NCBI GenBank assembly: GCA_047967505.1
Contig: CM106538.1
DNA from: Dipteris shenzhenensis
Taxonomy: Eukaryota
DNA: 64,000 nt
Reading direction: 5' to 3' (one strand)
The position numbers and the translations under genes are program-made. This document shows, piece by piece, positions 38,146-52,486 of this stretch. Each line of letters begins with the position of its first letter. Position 1 is the stretch's first letter. The notes beneath the pieces are model-generated. The model ran no database searches. It was not told where the DNA came from and was given only the letters and a program-made list of their open reading frames with translations.

Positions 38146-41100
38146 ATCACCTGTGTGTGCAAGGTTGTGCAAATGGAATGCCCATGGGTGGACACTCAAT
38201 TTTTTGAAAACCCACGCTGGGGCAGCTAGTGTGTAATGGGGTGAGCGCTGTTTTGGGCGGCCACATGTGGGGATGTACGTGGACACCATTTGGCGGTGTG
38301 GAAACACCATCGAAAATCCGAGTTGGCATCTCGTGCGCACGCTGGATGCGCGAGTGCAAGAGAGCGAGATGAAGAGCTCGAACGTGGAAGCAGGTGTGAA
38401 CGAAACCGTCCGCCGCCACGGTCAATCGGGTTGGGCACCGATGCTCAAACAGCGGCGGCGGCAGGGGAATCCGCCAGCGCACTTGTGAGCGTGGGAACAG
38501 GTTCTAAGATGGCGGCTGGTGTGAACAAAACGAGCAGCTCGAGTGCTGCTCGAACTGGTTGACGAGCCTAGCCGGCTATGGCGTCTCTCCCCCAACCCTC
38601 ATCTCAGAATGGACTTATCTCCATCTATTGAGCTTCTTCTCCTCCTCCCTTCACCCCTGCAGCACGCCCACAATTGCAATCGACCTCCGCCATGGTTAGT
38701 CCCCTCGTTTTTTTTTTTTTTGCTTCTGTCACAATGTCTTTATTCCTGCGATCGCACACAATTTTCACTCCTGCATTGCGAATCTACGAAAGAATTTGCT
38801 TTTCCGGAGGCTTTTGGCTGTTTTTTTCCTGGTTAAAACATCGGCTGCCAATACTGAATTGCGCCATTTCGATTTGAGCCTGCATGAGGAGTTGTGGCAT
38901 TCTACACTCCAGTGACAAATTTTTAGTCCGTCTCTGCGAAGTACAAGCTGGCACTTTTAGGCCACTACATATAGAATTCCCTCAGAGGGTCCTGAACTCC
39001 CTGTCTCTCTACATATGGTGAGCCAGCCACGCCCGTAGGGAAGGTGGTTAACCCATGCGGTCCAACTTGGACAGTTCAGGGGCTAATGTTAAAGGATTTG
39101 GTGATCACGATTCTCTATGGAACTTAGGGCTGGAAACATAAACTTAATTTGTATAGATGGAATGAAAGCGTGTTCGATATTTATGGTACATTTTTGCGGA
39201 GAGGTCTCTTTAAAGTCTTAAATGAGAACAATACCATTTTTTCGGTACAATCGAAAAACTGATTTGCAACAGAGAGACTATAATAAGTCTGTGGATCGGC
39301 TGCGGACTAGCTCAAATTCTGCCGTGGAATTATGAATATCTGCTGTGGAATTGGTAGCATTTGGTTGAAAAGTTTCAAAGTCATTTAAACTTGAAAGTGG
39401 TGAATATATATGAGGCTGCAAATTTTGAGGACTGCCATTGTGGTTGGCAAGAAAATGCTATCACGTCTCCCGGGAATATTGGGGATTCTGCCACAATGAT
39501 CACTCTAGTTGATATGGGCACACGTGTCACCATTTGATTATGATTTTGGTAGCTTTCCAAACGCTTGAAACGATCAAATGTTTGGTTTCATCTGTTTTAC
39601 AAACGTTAAGTGGTTTCGAATGCTTTCCAACCGTTTGGTTGAGGTTTCCAAGGTGGTCCATCTTCCACCCTCCCCCTCCCCCTCTAACCCTGATCTATAG
39701 TCGGAACCACTCTAATGGTGGCAATTTCTATACTCTTTCGTAGATCATTAGTTTACTCTGGACCTTGTCTCTAAAGGCGACTGCTATTTCATACCAATGA
39801 CTGGACAGACCTGGTCTGTTTACAGAAAGGATAGACCAGGTCGGTTTACGGACTCTGTTGTTTCAGAGATTAGGGGAGTAAGCTCGCCCTCGTAGCAGTG
39901 GAAGCTGGTCTGTAAGGGATCTTCCTGGGAACTGAACTGTCAAGTACAAAATGAACACATGCGGGCAAGTGCTGCTCACTGCACACAGCCAAGGGTGCTT
40001 CAGAATTGAAGGCCTACATACCTGTACAACTGCTGGTACTCCGCCCTGTCCTGCATGCATATAGAGGGGCTTCGGTGGGAAGTGTGAAGAACTACAAATG
40101 GCCTCCTATTTTTAGGCTGGGAGAAGGAGTTTACCCGCCTAGACAGCCAACCAGATCTGGCAGACTAGAGCTTCCAGGCTAACCCTAATTGGCGGACCAG
40201 CCCAGCCCCAATCAAGGCCACTGAGTGGGCCTATAAAACGCCCATACCTTGGCTTTTGTCTGCCCAAAGTGGCAGTCCAAAACAGCCCTAGAAGGCCTCA
40301 TGTATGGAAGTCCAATGTGGATTGGCTAGCAGGTCAGTCCCAGGTGGATTCTAGGCACAGACCAACATAGCTGATGCCCCATACACCAAAGCTCTAAGAA
40401 GAATACCCACATCCCGATGCCCACATACTGCAATGGGCATGTGGTCCCATTGTCATACCCAGATGTCACCTTCATATGGGGGCTCACAAGTAGGGCATTG
40501 ATCCCTATTTGTAATGGCCTAAGTGACATCAGGAGGGGGCAGCATACTATAAAAGCAGCCTTCACCCCATTTGATCATCCACCTCCAATAGCAGTCTAGC
40601 CTTCAGCAACAGCTGAGCCTTTTCAAGTGGTCTCTTCAGTCTTCAGTAGCATAATCAGCCTTTGTAAAAGTTGAGCAGGTTAGTGGAAAAAGCCCAATTA
40701 CCATAATTCCACTCAAAATATCAACACATAAAATGGTAACATAATTTAGAATTCGAACGAAAAGTGGAAGCAAAGTCACATTACATAAATCTCATCATAA
40801 TTTATTTTGTAAACATGAATTTCACAGAGATTTTCCATGTCTTTTCAACATATAAAGCTAAAATAGAATCACAAACAAAAGAGACACATCACAATGCGTC
40901 CTGGTAACCAAGCCTAGGACTGTTAGAAAAGTCACTGCCCCACCTGTGAGCCCCCGTTTTGAGGGGACAAGGGGGCAGGAGACTGTAGGGGGAAAGGGGC
41001 TAAGGCTAAGTAGCTGCATGGAGGACTGCGCCAGCAAGAGGATTGCGCCAGCATGGTACGGAGGCACATGGAGCAGTACCAGGACCAGCCAGCAGCAGCA

Positions 41101-41299
41101 AAAGGCCACCAGAGGGGGCCTATTTATAGCCCAGACCAGCCATGTCTGGTCGGCCCAGATACAGCCCCAAAAAGGGCCCTGACCGGGTCGGTTTTAATAG
41201 ACTGGACCGACTGGAAAAGTCGGCCAGTTCTAGGGCTGACTGCCCCATGTCCTAACCTTGCAACCCTTCTCCCCTCTCCTCCAACCCTGCAACCCACTC

Positions 41300-41445
41300 T
41301 CTCCCTCTCCTCCTCCCTCCTCCTCCTTCCTCCTTCTCCTCCTCCTCCCTCCTCCTCCTCCTCCTCCTCCTCCCTGCTCCTCCTCCTCCTCTCTCCTCCC
41401 CCTTCCTCCTCCTCTTCCCTCCTCCTCCTTCCTCCTCTCTCTTCT
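41300..41445. repeat. (CCT)n-rich low-complexity tract inside 5' LTR
   Basis: Imperfect CCT run; explains the poly-E/G/P ORFs. Confidence 0.9.
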
Positions 41446-42289
41446 TTCACCCATGCTCGTACACCTTCTTCCTCTCCCACTCCTATGCTTTCCTAAACCC
41501 TTAAACTCCATGATCCACGAGGGAGACGAGTTCTCCACCATGTACTCTAAGATTTATCTTGACGCTTGGTCCATAATAAATGCTTGGCTTTTCTGAGAAG
41601 GTCTATCAATGGATGTGCAATGAATGTAAAATTCTTGACAAACTTCCTATAGAAGCTATACAATACCAAGAATGATCTTAATTCATGTATATCTTAAGTC
41701 TTTCTTTAGGCTTAGCTTTTTTATTTTTTTTTAAATTTATTAAATCGTAGCATTGTATGTTTAAGTGTGGTTTTGTTGAAAGGTTCTAATTTGCTCCTTC
41801 AGGGTTGTTGGTTTCCTATACTCTGTAAGAGTAGGATTCTAAAATTTTTTAGTGAATTGCTACCATACAAACTTGATGATAGTCAGATTTAAGATCGATC
41901 TTACTAAAGGCTGTTTGTACCTGCTCACCCGTTGAGCTTTTTGTCTGCCCATGATTGTGGAAGAATATATATCTGAGTTTTGACTCTCTCTTTCTCCGTC
42001 TCTTTGAGTGTTGTATGAGCTAGATCGGGAGTGAGGTGTGAGTGATTCTATCTTCTATTTCCAACATGGTATCAGAGCTAGGTTCACAGCTCTAGATCGG
42101 AGTACCTCAGCAAGTAGCCGACTCTAATTGACACTCAGGTTTGTTGCGTGGTCAAGTTCTTCGCGGCAAATTCAGTTTCAGTTTACTGTTCTTTATTACA
42201 GTAAGGATGAGGACAAAGATTCTACTGTCGCCTCTTCAGCCCCTCCTCTTCCTTCCTCCCCCTGCAGATTCCTCTCATTCACCATCCCG

Positions 42290-45200
42290 AACTTTGGAGA
42301 GTCAGGGAAGCTAGACGGGTTGAACTACCCAATCTGGAAGATGAAAATTCGGAGCCATCTAGTGGCCCGGAAGTTGTGGTAGCTAACAATGGGGGTGGAG
42401 GCAAAACTGGAAGACGTTCTGGACAGCAAGGGGAAGATTGTCATTCCAGTGGATGGTGAAGAGCTTGAGAATTGGGAAGAGAGAGATGCCCACTCCCTAG
42501 CATTAATCATTGGGACCACGGCGGACTCTGTTCTTCCACAGATCGAGATGGCCAAGACGTTTGTAGAGGTGTGGGCTATTATGAAGGATTTGTTTGAAAC
42601 TGACAATACATCTCGAATTCTGATGCTCCAACATCAACTGTACAATCTGGACATGACTAAGGTAGACAATGTTCATGACCATCTGACAAAAGTCAAGGTG
42701 GTAAGGGACCAGCTCGCTGCAGTTGGTCAGAAGGTAGATTCAAGTCACCTGGCATTGTTGACTTTACACAAGCTACCTCGAAGTTTTAAGAGTTTCGTGA
42801 CTACGGTCATTGCAGGACAGAGGACCAAGCCTCTTACCTTCTAGGAGCTTGGGCCTTTACTATTGCAGGAAGAGGCTCGGGAAAAATTGTTTACTCAATC
42901 GGACGAGAAGCTCTCGTGACAAGCCCGGCAAGGGTAAGTTCAAAGACTCCAAGAACAAAAGCAAGACCGAGGATGCAGAGAAAAAGAGGCAGATGAAGTG
43001 CTTCTACTATGAGAAGCTTGGTCATTCTGCTAAAGAGTGCCGCAAGAAGGCGGCGGATCTCAAGAAGGAGTCGTCCAAGTCCAAGGAGGAGCCAAAATCC
43101 GAATCGGCAAACGTCACGACCGGTGCTCTCTTCATCATCACTGAGTACTGCTCCGCTTATGCAGTCAGTGAAGGAGAGGAAGGTTGGTATGTGGACAATG
43201 GAGCTTCAAAGCACATGTCGAACAAGGAGTGGCTTAAAACCATGGAAGGTACGCATTCCGATTCCAAGGTCACTGTTGGGGATAACCGGTCATGCCGTGT
43301 AAAGGGTGTTAGTAGTATTCCATTCATCACGACTGCAGGAAACGAGGAGTTGATTTTCGGTGTACTGTATGTACCAAATTTGTGCAAGAACCTATTGTTA
43401 GTCAGTCAGATGAACAAGCACAATATGTCAATCTTATTCGACAACGGCAAGGTCACTGTCACATCCAAGGCAAACGGACAGGTGGTGGCTCAAGGTGTCG
43501 AGGAGCATGGACTGTATCGGCTCAACGCTCTGTTGGTGCACAGGGACCAAGGCAGATCCAGATTATGGCATGAGTGGTTCGGTCACGTTTACTATGGCAC
43601 TCTCTCCGAGATGCAGAAGACAAAGATGGTGGATGGACTTTCATCGACTGCAGGCAGTGATCGTGTCTGCAGGTCTTGCGTGGAAGGCAAGCAACACAGG
43701 GACCACAAGAGGTCTCATCACGGGCCAAGAAGCCGCTCAAGTTGGTTCACGCCGACATCTGCGGCCTAGTGTCGACAAATTCATTGGTCAAGTCCGCGGT
43801 ATTCTCTCTTATTAGTGGATGATTTCAGTCGCATGACGTGGGTATTCTGCTTGGCAAAGAAATCTCAAGCTTTTGAGAAATTCAAAGACTCCATGGAAGG
43901 CCCAGGTAGAGAAGGAGAGCGGGGAGGTAATCAAAGCCTTCCGCACCGACAGAGGGGCAGAGTTCACTTCTACCAAGTTCAAATGGATTCTGCAAGAAGC
44001 ACGGGATTAAGAGACAGCTCACTACAGCTCGCACATCTCAGCAGAACGGAGTTGAGAGGAAGCACAAGACCGTCACAGAGACAGGGTTGACCATGTTGCG
44101 AGGGAGGAATCTCTTGAAAGCCTACTGGGGTGAAGCCGTGAACACTGCCGTTCACATCCCCAACATAACCAAGACCAAGGCTGTTGATGGTAAGACTCCA
44201 TATGAAGCTTATTATGGTAAGAAGCCCATCATATCTCATTTAAGGGTTTTCGGTTGTAAAGCATTTGTGCATGTACATAAAGATTAGCAGACAAAGCTAG
44301 AGCCCCATAGCTGGAGCTATATCTTTGTGAGGTACAGTGAAGAGTCCAAGGCCTATCGCCTATTCGACTTGGAAAAGAAGAAGATCCTTATTAGCAGGGA
44401 TGTGATATTTGAGGAGACCGAGCCACAGCCTGCAGAAGAGGTTCCAGAACTTCTAGCATTACCCCCACCAGAGGTCACCATCCGAGAGGTGGAGCCGACT
44501 GAAGACCTCGAAAGCACCTCCATCAGAGAAGAAGCTACCACAATGGTATTTGAAAACTTTAGACTCACGGGTCATGGACATTCTCGAGAGCACAGTTCCG
44601 AAGCGCGGCGGTCTCAACGTAACATGAAGACTCCCTCCATGAACTACGCTTTGGTGGCTCAACTTGCGGAGCCCCATTCCTTCTAGGAGGCGAAGGATAT
44701 TCCAGAGTGGCAGGAAGCCATGCAGGTAGAGATGGATGCCATTTTGAAAAATGACACCTGGGATTTAGTGCCCAAACCAACCAAGTGGAAGGTCATCGGG
44801 ACTAAATGGGTGTACAAGCTTAAGTTCAAGTCAGATGGGAGCTTGGACAAGTACAAAGCAAGATTGGTGGTGAAAGGCTATGCACAGTTAGAAGGACTTG
44901 ACTTCGACGTGACCTTCGCCCCCCGCAGCTAGGATGGTGACTATTCGGACAGTCATTGCCTTAGCTGCTCATCATAGTTGGCCTATTTTTCAGATGGATG
45001 TCAAGTCTACATTTTTGAATGGTAACCTGGAGGAGGAGGTATATGTGGCACAGCCACTAGGATTTCAGATTCCAGGATCCCCATCAAAAGCCTACAAACT
45101 AAAGAAGGCCTTATACGGGCTGAAACAGGCCCCCAGAGCTTGGCATTAGCAGATAGATGTTTTCTTTCAGAAGATCGGGCTTCAGCGGAGTCCATCAGAG

Positions 45201-45425
45201 GCAAATCTTTATCTCGACACAAAGGGGGATTTGCGGCTGGTATTGATTCTATATGTGGATGACCTCATTATTACTGGGGATCATACGAAGAAGATTGCTC
45301 AGGTCAAGAGACTTCTTATGGAGGAGTTCGAGATGATTGACTTAGGCGTACTTGACTACTTTCTTGGGATTGAGGTGAAGCAGGGAAAGAGCAGTATCTT
45401 TATTTCACAAGAGAAATATTGTAGG
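42290..45425 (+). pseudogene. Copia gag-pol remnant, 5' part
   Basis: Gag, PR, INT (VFGCKAFVHV), RT (KNDTWDLV, QMDVKSTFLNG, LYGLKQAPRAW, LYVDDLII) with stops and frameshifts. Confidence 0.93.
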
Positions 45426-46876
45426 TGAAACCGGCCTCTAATCACTCAGAGGGTAGTGGAACTAAACCTTTAATCACGTCAGCAGTTATTTACAGCTCAC
45501 AAAGCATATATCACAACCATTAACCATTGCATGATCACCATTTGGCATTTACCCATTTGTTCACAAACAAAACCACTGAAAAAGGGATGGAGGCTAGAAT
45601 GCCCCTGCTCAACAAACATAGACAAGTGCACCCGATTGGCCCCAAACACCGTGGCGCCCCTTTCGGTATTTCTTTATATTTCACAGTGAAATGATTACAA
45701 GTTGCATCTGGGAGAGCTTCCCTGCAACTGAGCACGCAGCCCCAATTCATTAAGCCTTCGCAAGGCTTTCAAGCATAGAACACCATCACATAAGTGCACT
45801 TAACCCATAGGCTCAATCCAAAGGCATTCTCTTTTTCGAGTGTAATTTTATTGGCTGTCTAGATGCAATCACACTGCACCCTAGCTGCACTCTCTTTGAG
45901 TGGTTTCCAGATGGCATTCACAACGCTTTTCAAAGCTCGAAAATAAAATCAGCAAAGTACCCAACCAAAGAATGACTCATGTAGCACTGCCTGGGCACCT
46001 GTGAGCCAAGAAAGAGGCGGCACACGAGGCCAACCAATAGCTTATGGCAAAAAGAAATTGGAGCAGCAAAATCACAACTCACCAAGCCCTGAGAACTCGA
46101 ACCAAGTCCTCAATCGCCAAGAGGACATAGTAGCCAATGCCCAATTGCATTGTCAGCCAAAGAGGAGTGCAAAGTTTAATCGCCGGAAAGTCCTCCAAAG
46201 CTGAGAAAAACCAGACAACTAGCGCGTGGGACCACTCGAAATTCAACAGAAAGCTGTAGCTTTGCAAGCGGAGAGGCCCAGGAGGTGGTAGAAGCAAAAA
46301 GGTCCAGAAAAAGCCACTTTTGCAAATTCGACCAGCAAAAGAAGTGCTCAGCTCTGCCCGTTCTGCCAAACGCACGGAGGGAAAAGCCTATCACTATGAA
46401 GGGGAGGCAGAGGGGAAGCCATCGGGCCAAACGGAAGTCGAGGAATCCCAACGGGTGAGGAGTTATGAAGAAAAACGGAACTCAGCTGAAGGAGGCTGAA
46501 AAACCAGTCCTAACTCTCAACAAAGGGAGAAGATGAGAGAGAAAACCACACGTGTGAAGTTTAAAAGGCCCAGGAAGGTCCAGGAATGGCAAAGGAGCAT
46601 GTAGAAGGCACTAGAGCCACCCGGAACTCTAGGGGGGCCACTGAAGGTACATGGCCCTCTAGGGGGCCCATTAAAAATGCCACATCATCATTTTCCAACA
46701 ACCACTCTTTTAATTCCTTGGAATGCCTTTGGGCCTAGGGATTAATTACACTTATGTGCTAGGCACCATGCCGCGTTTAATTACGCATTATTAAGCCCAT
46801 GCTTGGACTTTTAAAACCAAAGTTGTCACGGTCTTGTAGTACATTAAAGTACTTAGAATTTCACACCCCCGTGACA
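45426..46876 (-). repeat. 3' LTR of nested Gypsy
   Basis: TGAAACCGG...CCCCGTGACA; near-identical to 52600-54193 except ~150 bp missing. Confidence 0.95.
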
Positions 46877-47163
46877 TACCCCTCTCTTGAAATAGCAAAC
46901 CACAGTTTGCTGCCCCAAAACACAGGAGTGAGCATGAAATATAGCATGAAAGAGTATACAAGAAAGCCACAGCTATAGTATACAGAGACCATGAAAATAT
47001 GGCTAGGAGAGGCATGCATCCATCCTATACACTGCTTAAAATCTATGTGATCCTCGGCGATCAATAGTCAAGATGCATCAATATCATGAAGTCTCACAGT
47101 AGAAATACTGTCAGCTCAGTATCTCGGATGAAACATACAGTGTCATCAAGCGACCTCATGAAA

Positions 47164-50100
47164 TCACGGTGAGCCCGTCTGTACTGAGGGAGTGGAGGTG
47201 CTACGCCCCTCTCGAACACCAGGTAATGCTCTAGACGCTCGCTCTGTTGAACTACTAGTAGGGGCCCAGACCGCAGTCGGCTCTAACTGGAAAGCATCAA
47301 GGTAAAGCTGCAATATCCCAGGTGAATCTGCCAGTGCACCTTCCTCCATCCATTTCGCATCAAGTGATGGGTAATTTTGAAATTTTACCAAGTAGCGACG
47401 GATAACTTTACCCTTGAGCTTTCTATCTCTGTGTGCCAGAATTAGCTCTGGGACCAGAAGTTCATCCTGTTCTTCCACTTCAAGCTGCACGTCATCAGGT
47501 AAATCCTTAGGAATATCGCTTTAATAAGCTCACATGAAAGGCATTATGTATCTTCCAATGCGGAGGCAACTTCAGCCTGTAAGCTACCTCGTTTATCTTT
47601 TCAGAAACCTGGAGAGGACCATAGTAACGCACGTTCAGCTTTGTGTACAACCTTTCCTTGCCTTTCTTAATTTTCAGCCTTGCCTTCTGAAAATGCAGCA
47701 AAACCCAATCACCTTCTGTGAATACCAATTCCCTGCGGTGCTTATCTGCTGCTCTTTTCTGCTTGTCTTGACTTCTTTGCAAGGCATATTTGATCTTCTT
47801 GTAAGCCTCTTCAAGGCTTTCCACAAAACGATTAGCTTCGAAGATTTTCTCTTTTGTATGCAAAATGGGAGGTATCTTCCTGGCACCTTCCACTATTTCA
47901 AAAGGTGCTTTACCTGTGGATGTGTGTAAGCATATTCCAGCAAAGGCAAACAATGCTCCCATTTGCTTTTGTGGTCTGAGACATAGCATTTAAACATATC
48001 CAAGATGGTAGAGTTTTCCTGCTCCGATTGTCCATCAGACTGAGGGTGAAAAGATGACGAAAAATTCAGCGTAGTGCCCATATTTTCAAACAGCCCTCTC
48101 CAAAAGAGGCTGGTCATCCTCGGATCTCTATCATTGATTATGGATTCAGGCATCCCATGATACTTGAAGACATGCTGCAGAAACAATTTGGCCATTTGAT
48201 ATGCTGTAATTTTCTTTCTTACTGGCACAAAGTGGGCTTGTTTGCTAAACCTGCAAATTATTATCCACAATCCATCATGTCCAGTAGGAGTATGTGGAAG
48301 ATCAAACACAAAATCCATAGCTATGCTTTGCCATGGTCTATCCGGAATTGGCAAAGGGTGTAACAACCCAGGTGCCTTCTGCCTGTCAAACTTTGCTTTC
48401 TAACAAACCATGCATGTTCTCACATATTCTTCCACATCTTTCCTCAAAGATGGCCAATAAAAGTATTGCTCCACTGCTGTAATTGTTGCTGTAATTCCCC
48501 TATGTCTGCCTATGGAGGAGCATGACTTTCCATTATGACTTTCTGTCGCATCTGATCAGTGACACAGAGTCGTCCATGCATCAAAATGAAACCCTCTTTC
48601 AACATATAGTGATCATGCCTTTGACCATCAGAAAGCTGATCATAAATAGTTGAAAAATCAGCATCATTAACATATTGATCTTTCATCACATCTAACACAT
48701 TGTTGTAAGTAATGCTCACTGCTGAAACACTGGGTTTCTTGGAGACTGCTTCAGGCTGTGGTTTCCTGGAAAGTGCATCAGCCACGACATTTTTGTTACC
48801 CGGCACATGTACAATTTGAAAATGAAACATTGAGAGGAAGTTAGCCCATCTCATGTGCTTTTCAGATAATTTTCTCTGCGTGAGAAAATATCTAAGTGAC
48901 TGATGATCTGTCTGCACATAAAAATCAGCTCCAAGAAGGTAATGTTTCCATGTGGTCAAAGCATGTATCACTGCTAACATTTCCTTCTCGTATGTTTGCA
49001 AGTACAATTCAGCATCTTTGAGAATTCTACTCTCATATGCAACCACTCTACCATCCTGCATCAAAGTGCCTCCTATGCTGTTCCCACATGCATCACAAGT
49101 TATAGCAAAGGGTTTTGCAAGATCTGGCAAGATAATAACGGGTTCAGAACACAACTTTTGCTTCAGCTCTTCAAAAGCTGCATTTTCCTTTGGTCCCCAC
49201 TGAAATGGTACAGCTTTCTTTTGTAAAGCATGCAAGGGAGAAGCAATTTCTGCAAAGTACTTTATAAACCTCCGATAGTATGAACACAACCCAAGGAAGC
49301 TTCTGACTTGATGCAGATTTTTCAAAATTGGCCAACTCCTTATGGCCTCAACTTTTGCAGGATCCATTTTGACTCCATCCTTTGACACTATATGACCGAG
49401 AAAATGAATCTCATGCATAAAGAACTCACTTTTCTTGGTGTTTATTAATAGCTTGTGTCTTTTCAACTCTTGAAACACAATAGTGAGGTGTTTCCTGTGC
49501 TCCTGCTCATTTTTAGAGAACACAATGATGTCATCAAAGAAAGTGCCCACAAACTTTCTGTGTGTCCTAAAAATTCTGTCCATCATTCTATTGAAAGTGG
49601 CAGGTGCATTAGTAAAACCAAAAGGCATCACAAGGAACTCATATAAGCCAAATGAACGGAAGGCAGTGTTGTAGACATCTTCAGGCCGTATCCTTATCTG
49701 ATGGTATCTACTTTTAAGGTCAATACGACTGAACATTGAGGAACCTTTCAACCGATCCAATATATCATCAATGCGTGGAATTGGAAAACGGTTCTTAATT
49801 GTGACTTTATTCAAAACCGTATCCTTATCTAATGGTATCCACTTTTAAGGTCCCTACGACTGAACATTGAGGAACCTTTCAACCGATCCAATATATCATC
49901 AATGCGTGGAAAACGGTTCTCAATTGTGACTTTATTCAAAGCCCTATAATCAATACACATTCTCCAACTGCCATCCTTCTTTTGCACAAGCAACACAGGG
50001 GAACAGTAAGGAGAATTACTTGGCTGTATTAATTCCTTTTCCAAGAGTTCCTTCACTTGTAACATTATCTCTTCCTGTTGTGCCTTACTGACACGATAGG

Positions 50101-52486
50101 GAGGTATATTGGGCGGTGAGCTTCTTGGAATTATATCAATTTGATGATCCTCGGACCTCTTGGGAGGTAATTCTTGAGAAAGTGCTTCTGAGAAACAATC
50201 CTGAAAATCTGAAATAAGAGCAGCCCTTTCTCTATCTAAAGCAGAAAGAGTAGAGCCTTCCTGAACTGGTTGACTGTCCTCTTTGACAAAAATCAAGTAC
50301 GCTGAAATATGACGCTTTATTACACTGGAAATACAAGAAGCTGAAACTACAGGGATGGACTCCCCTTTCAACTTTACATCAAGTACATGATTTTTGCCTC
50401 TATGAGTTAAAGAAATTTTCTTGTTTCTCATCTGCACATCAGCCCCCACCCTGTACATCCAAGGCATCCCAAGCAAAGCATCACACTCTGGCAAAGGCAT
50501 AATGTAGAAGTCCTCTGCATCCTGATATCCCTAGATATGCATCCTCAACTTGCCAATGATAGGAGTGACAGGTGTGTTGAGTTCAGGGTTGGCCATATCA
50601 CACATGCCGGATGGCCCCATTTCCTCAGCCTTGATGCCAAGCCTTCGTGCCATATCAGGAGTTATGAAATTCGCCTTTGCCCTAGAATCAAAGAAAAACA
50701 AACAATTCTGATTTCTGATTTTTCCCCATGCTCTGCACATCTGAGTCTTTTCGTTTCCTCTTCATCATGTGCATGTGGCAAACTCCCAATCACATCTGGA
50801 AGAAGTCCTGCGGAAGGTTTAGGCCTTTTGCCCTTCCGATCAGCTTGTTTATCACCATTCTTATCATCATCTGACCTGTCTCTTTTCTTGGATGGGCAAT
50901 CATAAGAGCGGTGTCCCTCTCCTTTGCATATAAAACAATTGTTTTGCTCCATGAGTGACTTTTTCTCTTCATCAGATAACTTGGTACGGGGCTGTTTATT
51001 AGGCTGTCCACGCCTTTGACCAGCTTTGAATTGGGCTTTTCCTTCCTTTTGAAACGGTTGTTTGCCATAATTTTTATTTTCAGATTTGATGTCCTTATCC
51101 TGGTGTTTGGCAGCCCATTTGTTGTCTTCTTTCTTGTTGTCCATAAAGCCCAAATTCTTCTCCTGCATCCATGCATATGCTGTCCTTGCATTCTCAATTA
51201 ATTGAGTCATAGAACCCACCTTGGTTTTGATGCAATAATCATGTAGCTCACTAGGCAATCCACAACAGTACCTCTCTATTTGCTCTTTCAAAGAAACATG
51301 CCTGTAAGAGCTCAATGGCAGCAAAACATCCCAAAACCTCTTAGTGTAATCATCAAGATTCTTGCAAAGTTTGTTTGACAAGTCATGCGAGTGTGAAAGT
51401 ACTTCAACTTCAAAAGTTGGAGTAAGCCAAGTAGAAGAGAACACTTGCTTGAATTCCAGCCAAGTAGCAGGTGCATCTCCATGAAGCATAAGGTTGGTGT
51501 ACCACTTAAGTGCATTGCCTTTCAAAAATGTGGCAACCTTCCTCATCTTGGATGCCTCTGTAAACAAACCCCCAAGAAATGCAGCATCAAATTGTTGAAG
51601 GAATGTGAGGGCTTTGTACCTCTCCTGTACTCCATTATATGTCTCAAACTTGACATGAGAACCACCATGCTTAAATTCTTTATATACATTTGATATTGGC
51701 TGTCCCAAAGATGGCTGTATATTTGCAGCATTCCCTTCGCTAGGGAGAGCCATGCTTGGCTGAACATTAGGCATGGGAGCATATGCTGTGGCTTGCATGC
51801 TTGGCTGCATTCCCACAGTCATACATGGCTTGCTTTCTATGCCCAATTGGCGGTGAAATCAACATAGCATCAAAGATAGAATCTGTACCAAAATATTCAG
51901 GTTGCTGCCTCAAATATGGCTGAGGTGGTTGAGCCACATTTATGGACTGCACATTATTATTTTGAGGAGTAGAAGTACCCAAACCAAGGCCTTGTGCTGG
52001 CTGCTCATACTGTTGCACTGGCTGTACTTTTTGTACCTCTTTCTCAAGTGCTCTTTTGGGTGATTCCTCTCTCTTGGAAGTCACTTTCTGAGTCATTTTT
52101 GATGGCTGTCCCTCATGAGAAACTGATGCATGAGTGTGCGGTCCGCCGTGAGAAGTTGATGCATGTGTGTACTCACTCTTTCCGTGCTTGTGCTTTCTTG
52201 ATTTCTTCTTCTTCTTGGCATTTGTTTGCACAATCTGAGCCAAATTTTGAGCCAGCTGAGTCAAAGCAGTCACTGCACTTGCAAGCTGTGCATTTAACAT
52301 AGTAGCATCATCTGACTCACTGCTAGAACTAGTATCACCGTTGAGCTCAGTTGGAGCTTCATGTGTGGCCTGCTCAAAAGGCATTGGTTGTGCTTCCTGC
52401 AACTGTACACTAGCTGGATCATTAAGGCTTTCTTGCCTTCTCCTTTGAGGAGTTGTGGAGCTCTCTTGTTCATGGGTACTCACCAT
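47164..52486 (-). pseudogene. Gypsy gag-pol remnant with C-terminal chromodomain
   Basis: NALKWY gag, CFICKGEGHRSYDCP, FFDSRAKANFI protease, [34 protein letters not shown] RNase H, QSIAMDFVFDLP integrase, LVPELILAHR...YLVKFQNYPSLDAKW chromodomain. Confidence 0.95.

Noticed and set aside
39800-40700. Possible solo LTR or micro-exon (TTTCAG|AGATTAGGGGA|GTAAGC)
   Set aside because: No partner LTR, PBS or TSD; splice-like motifs could occur by chance.
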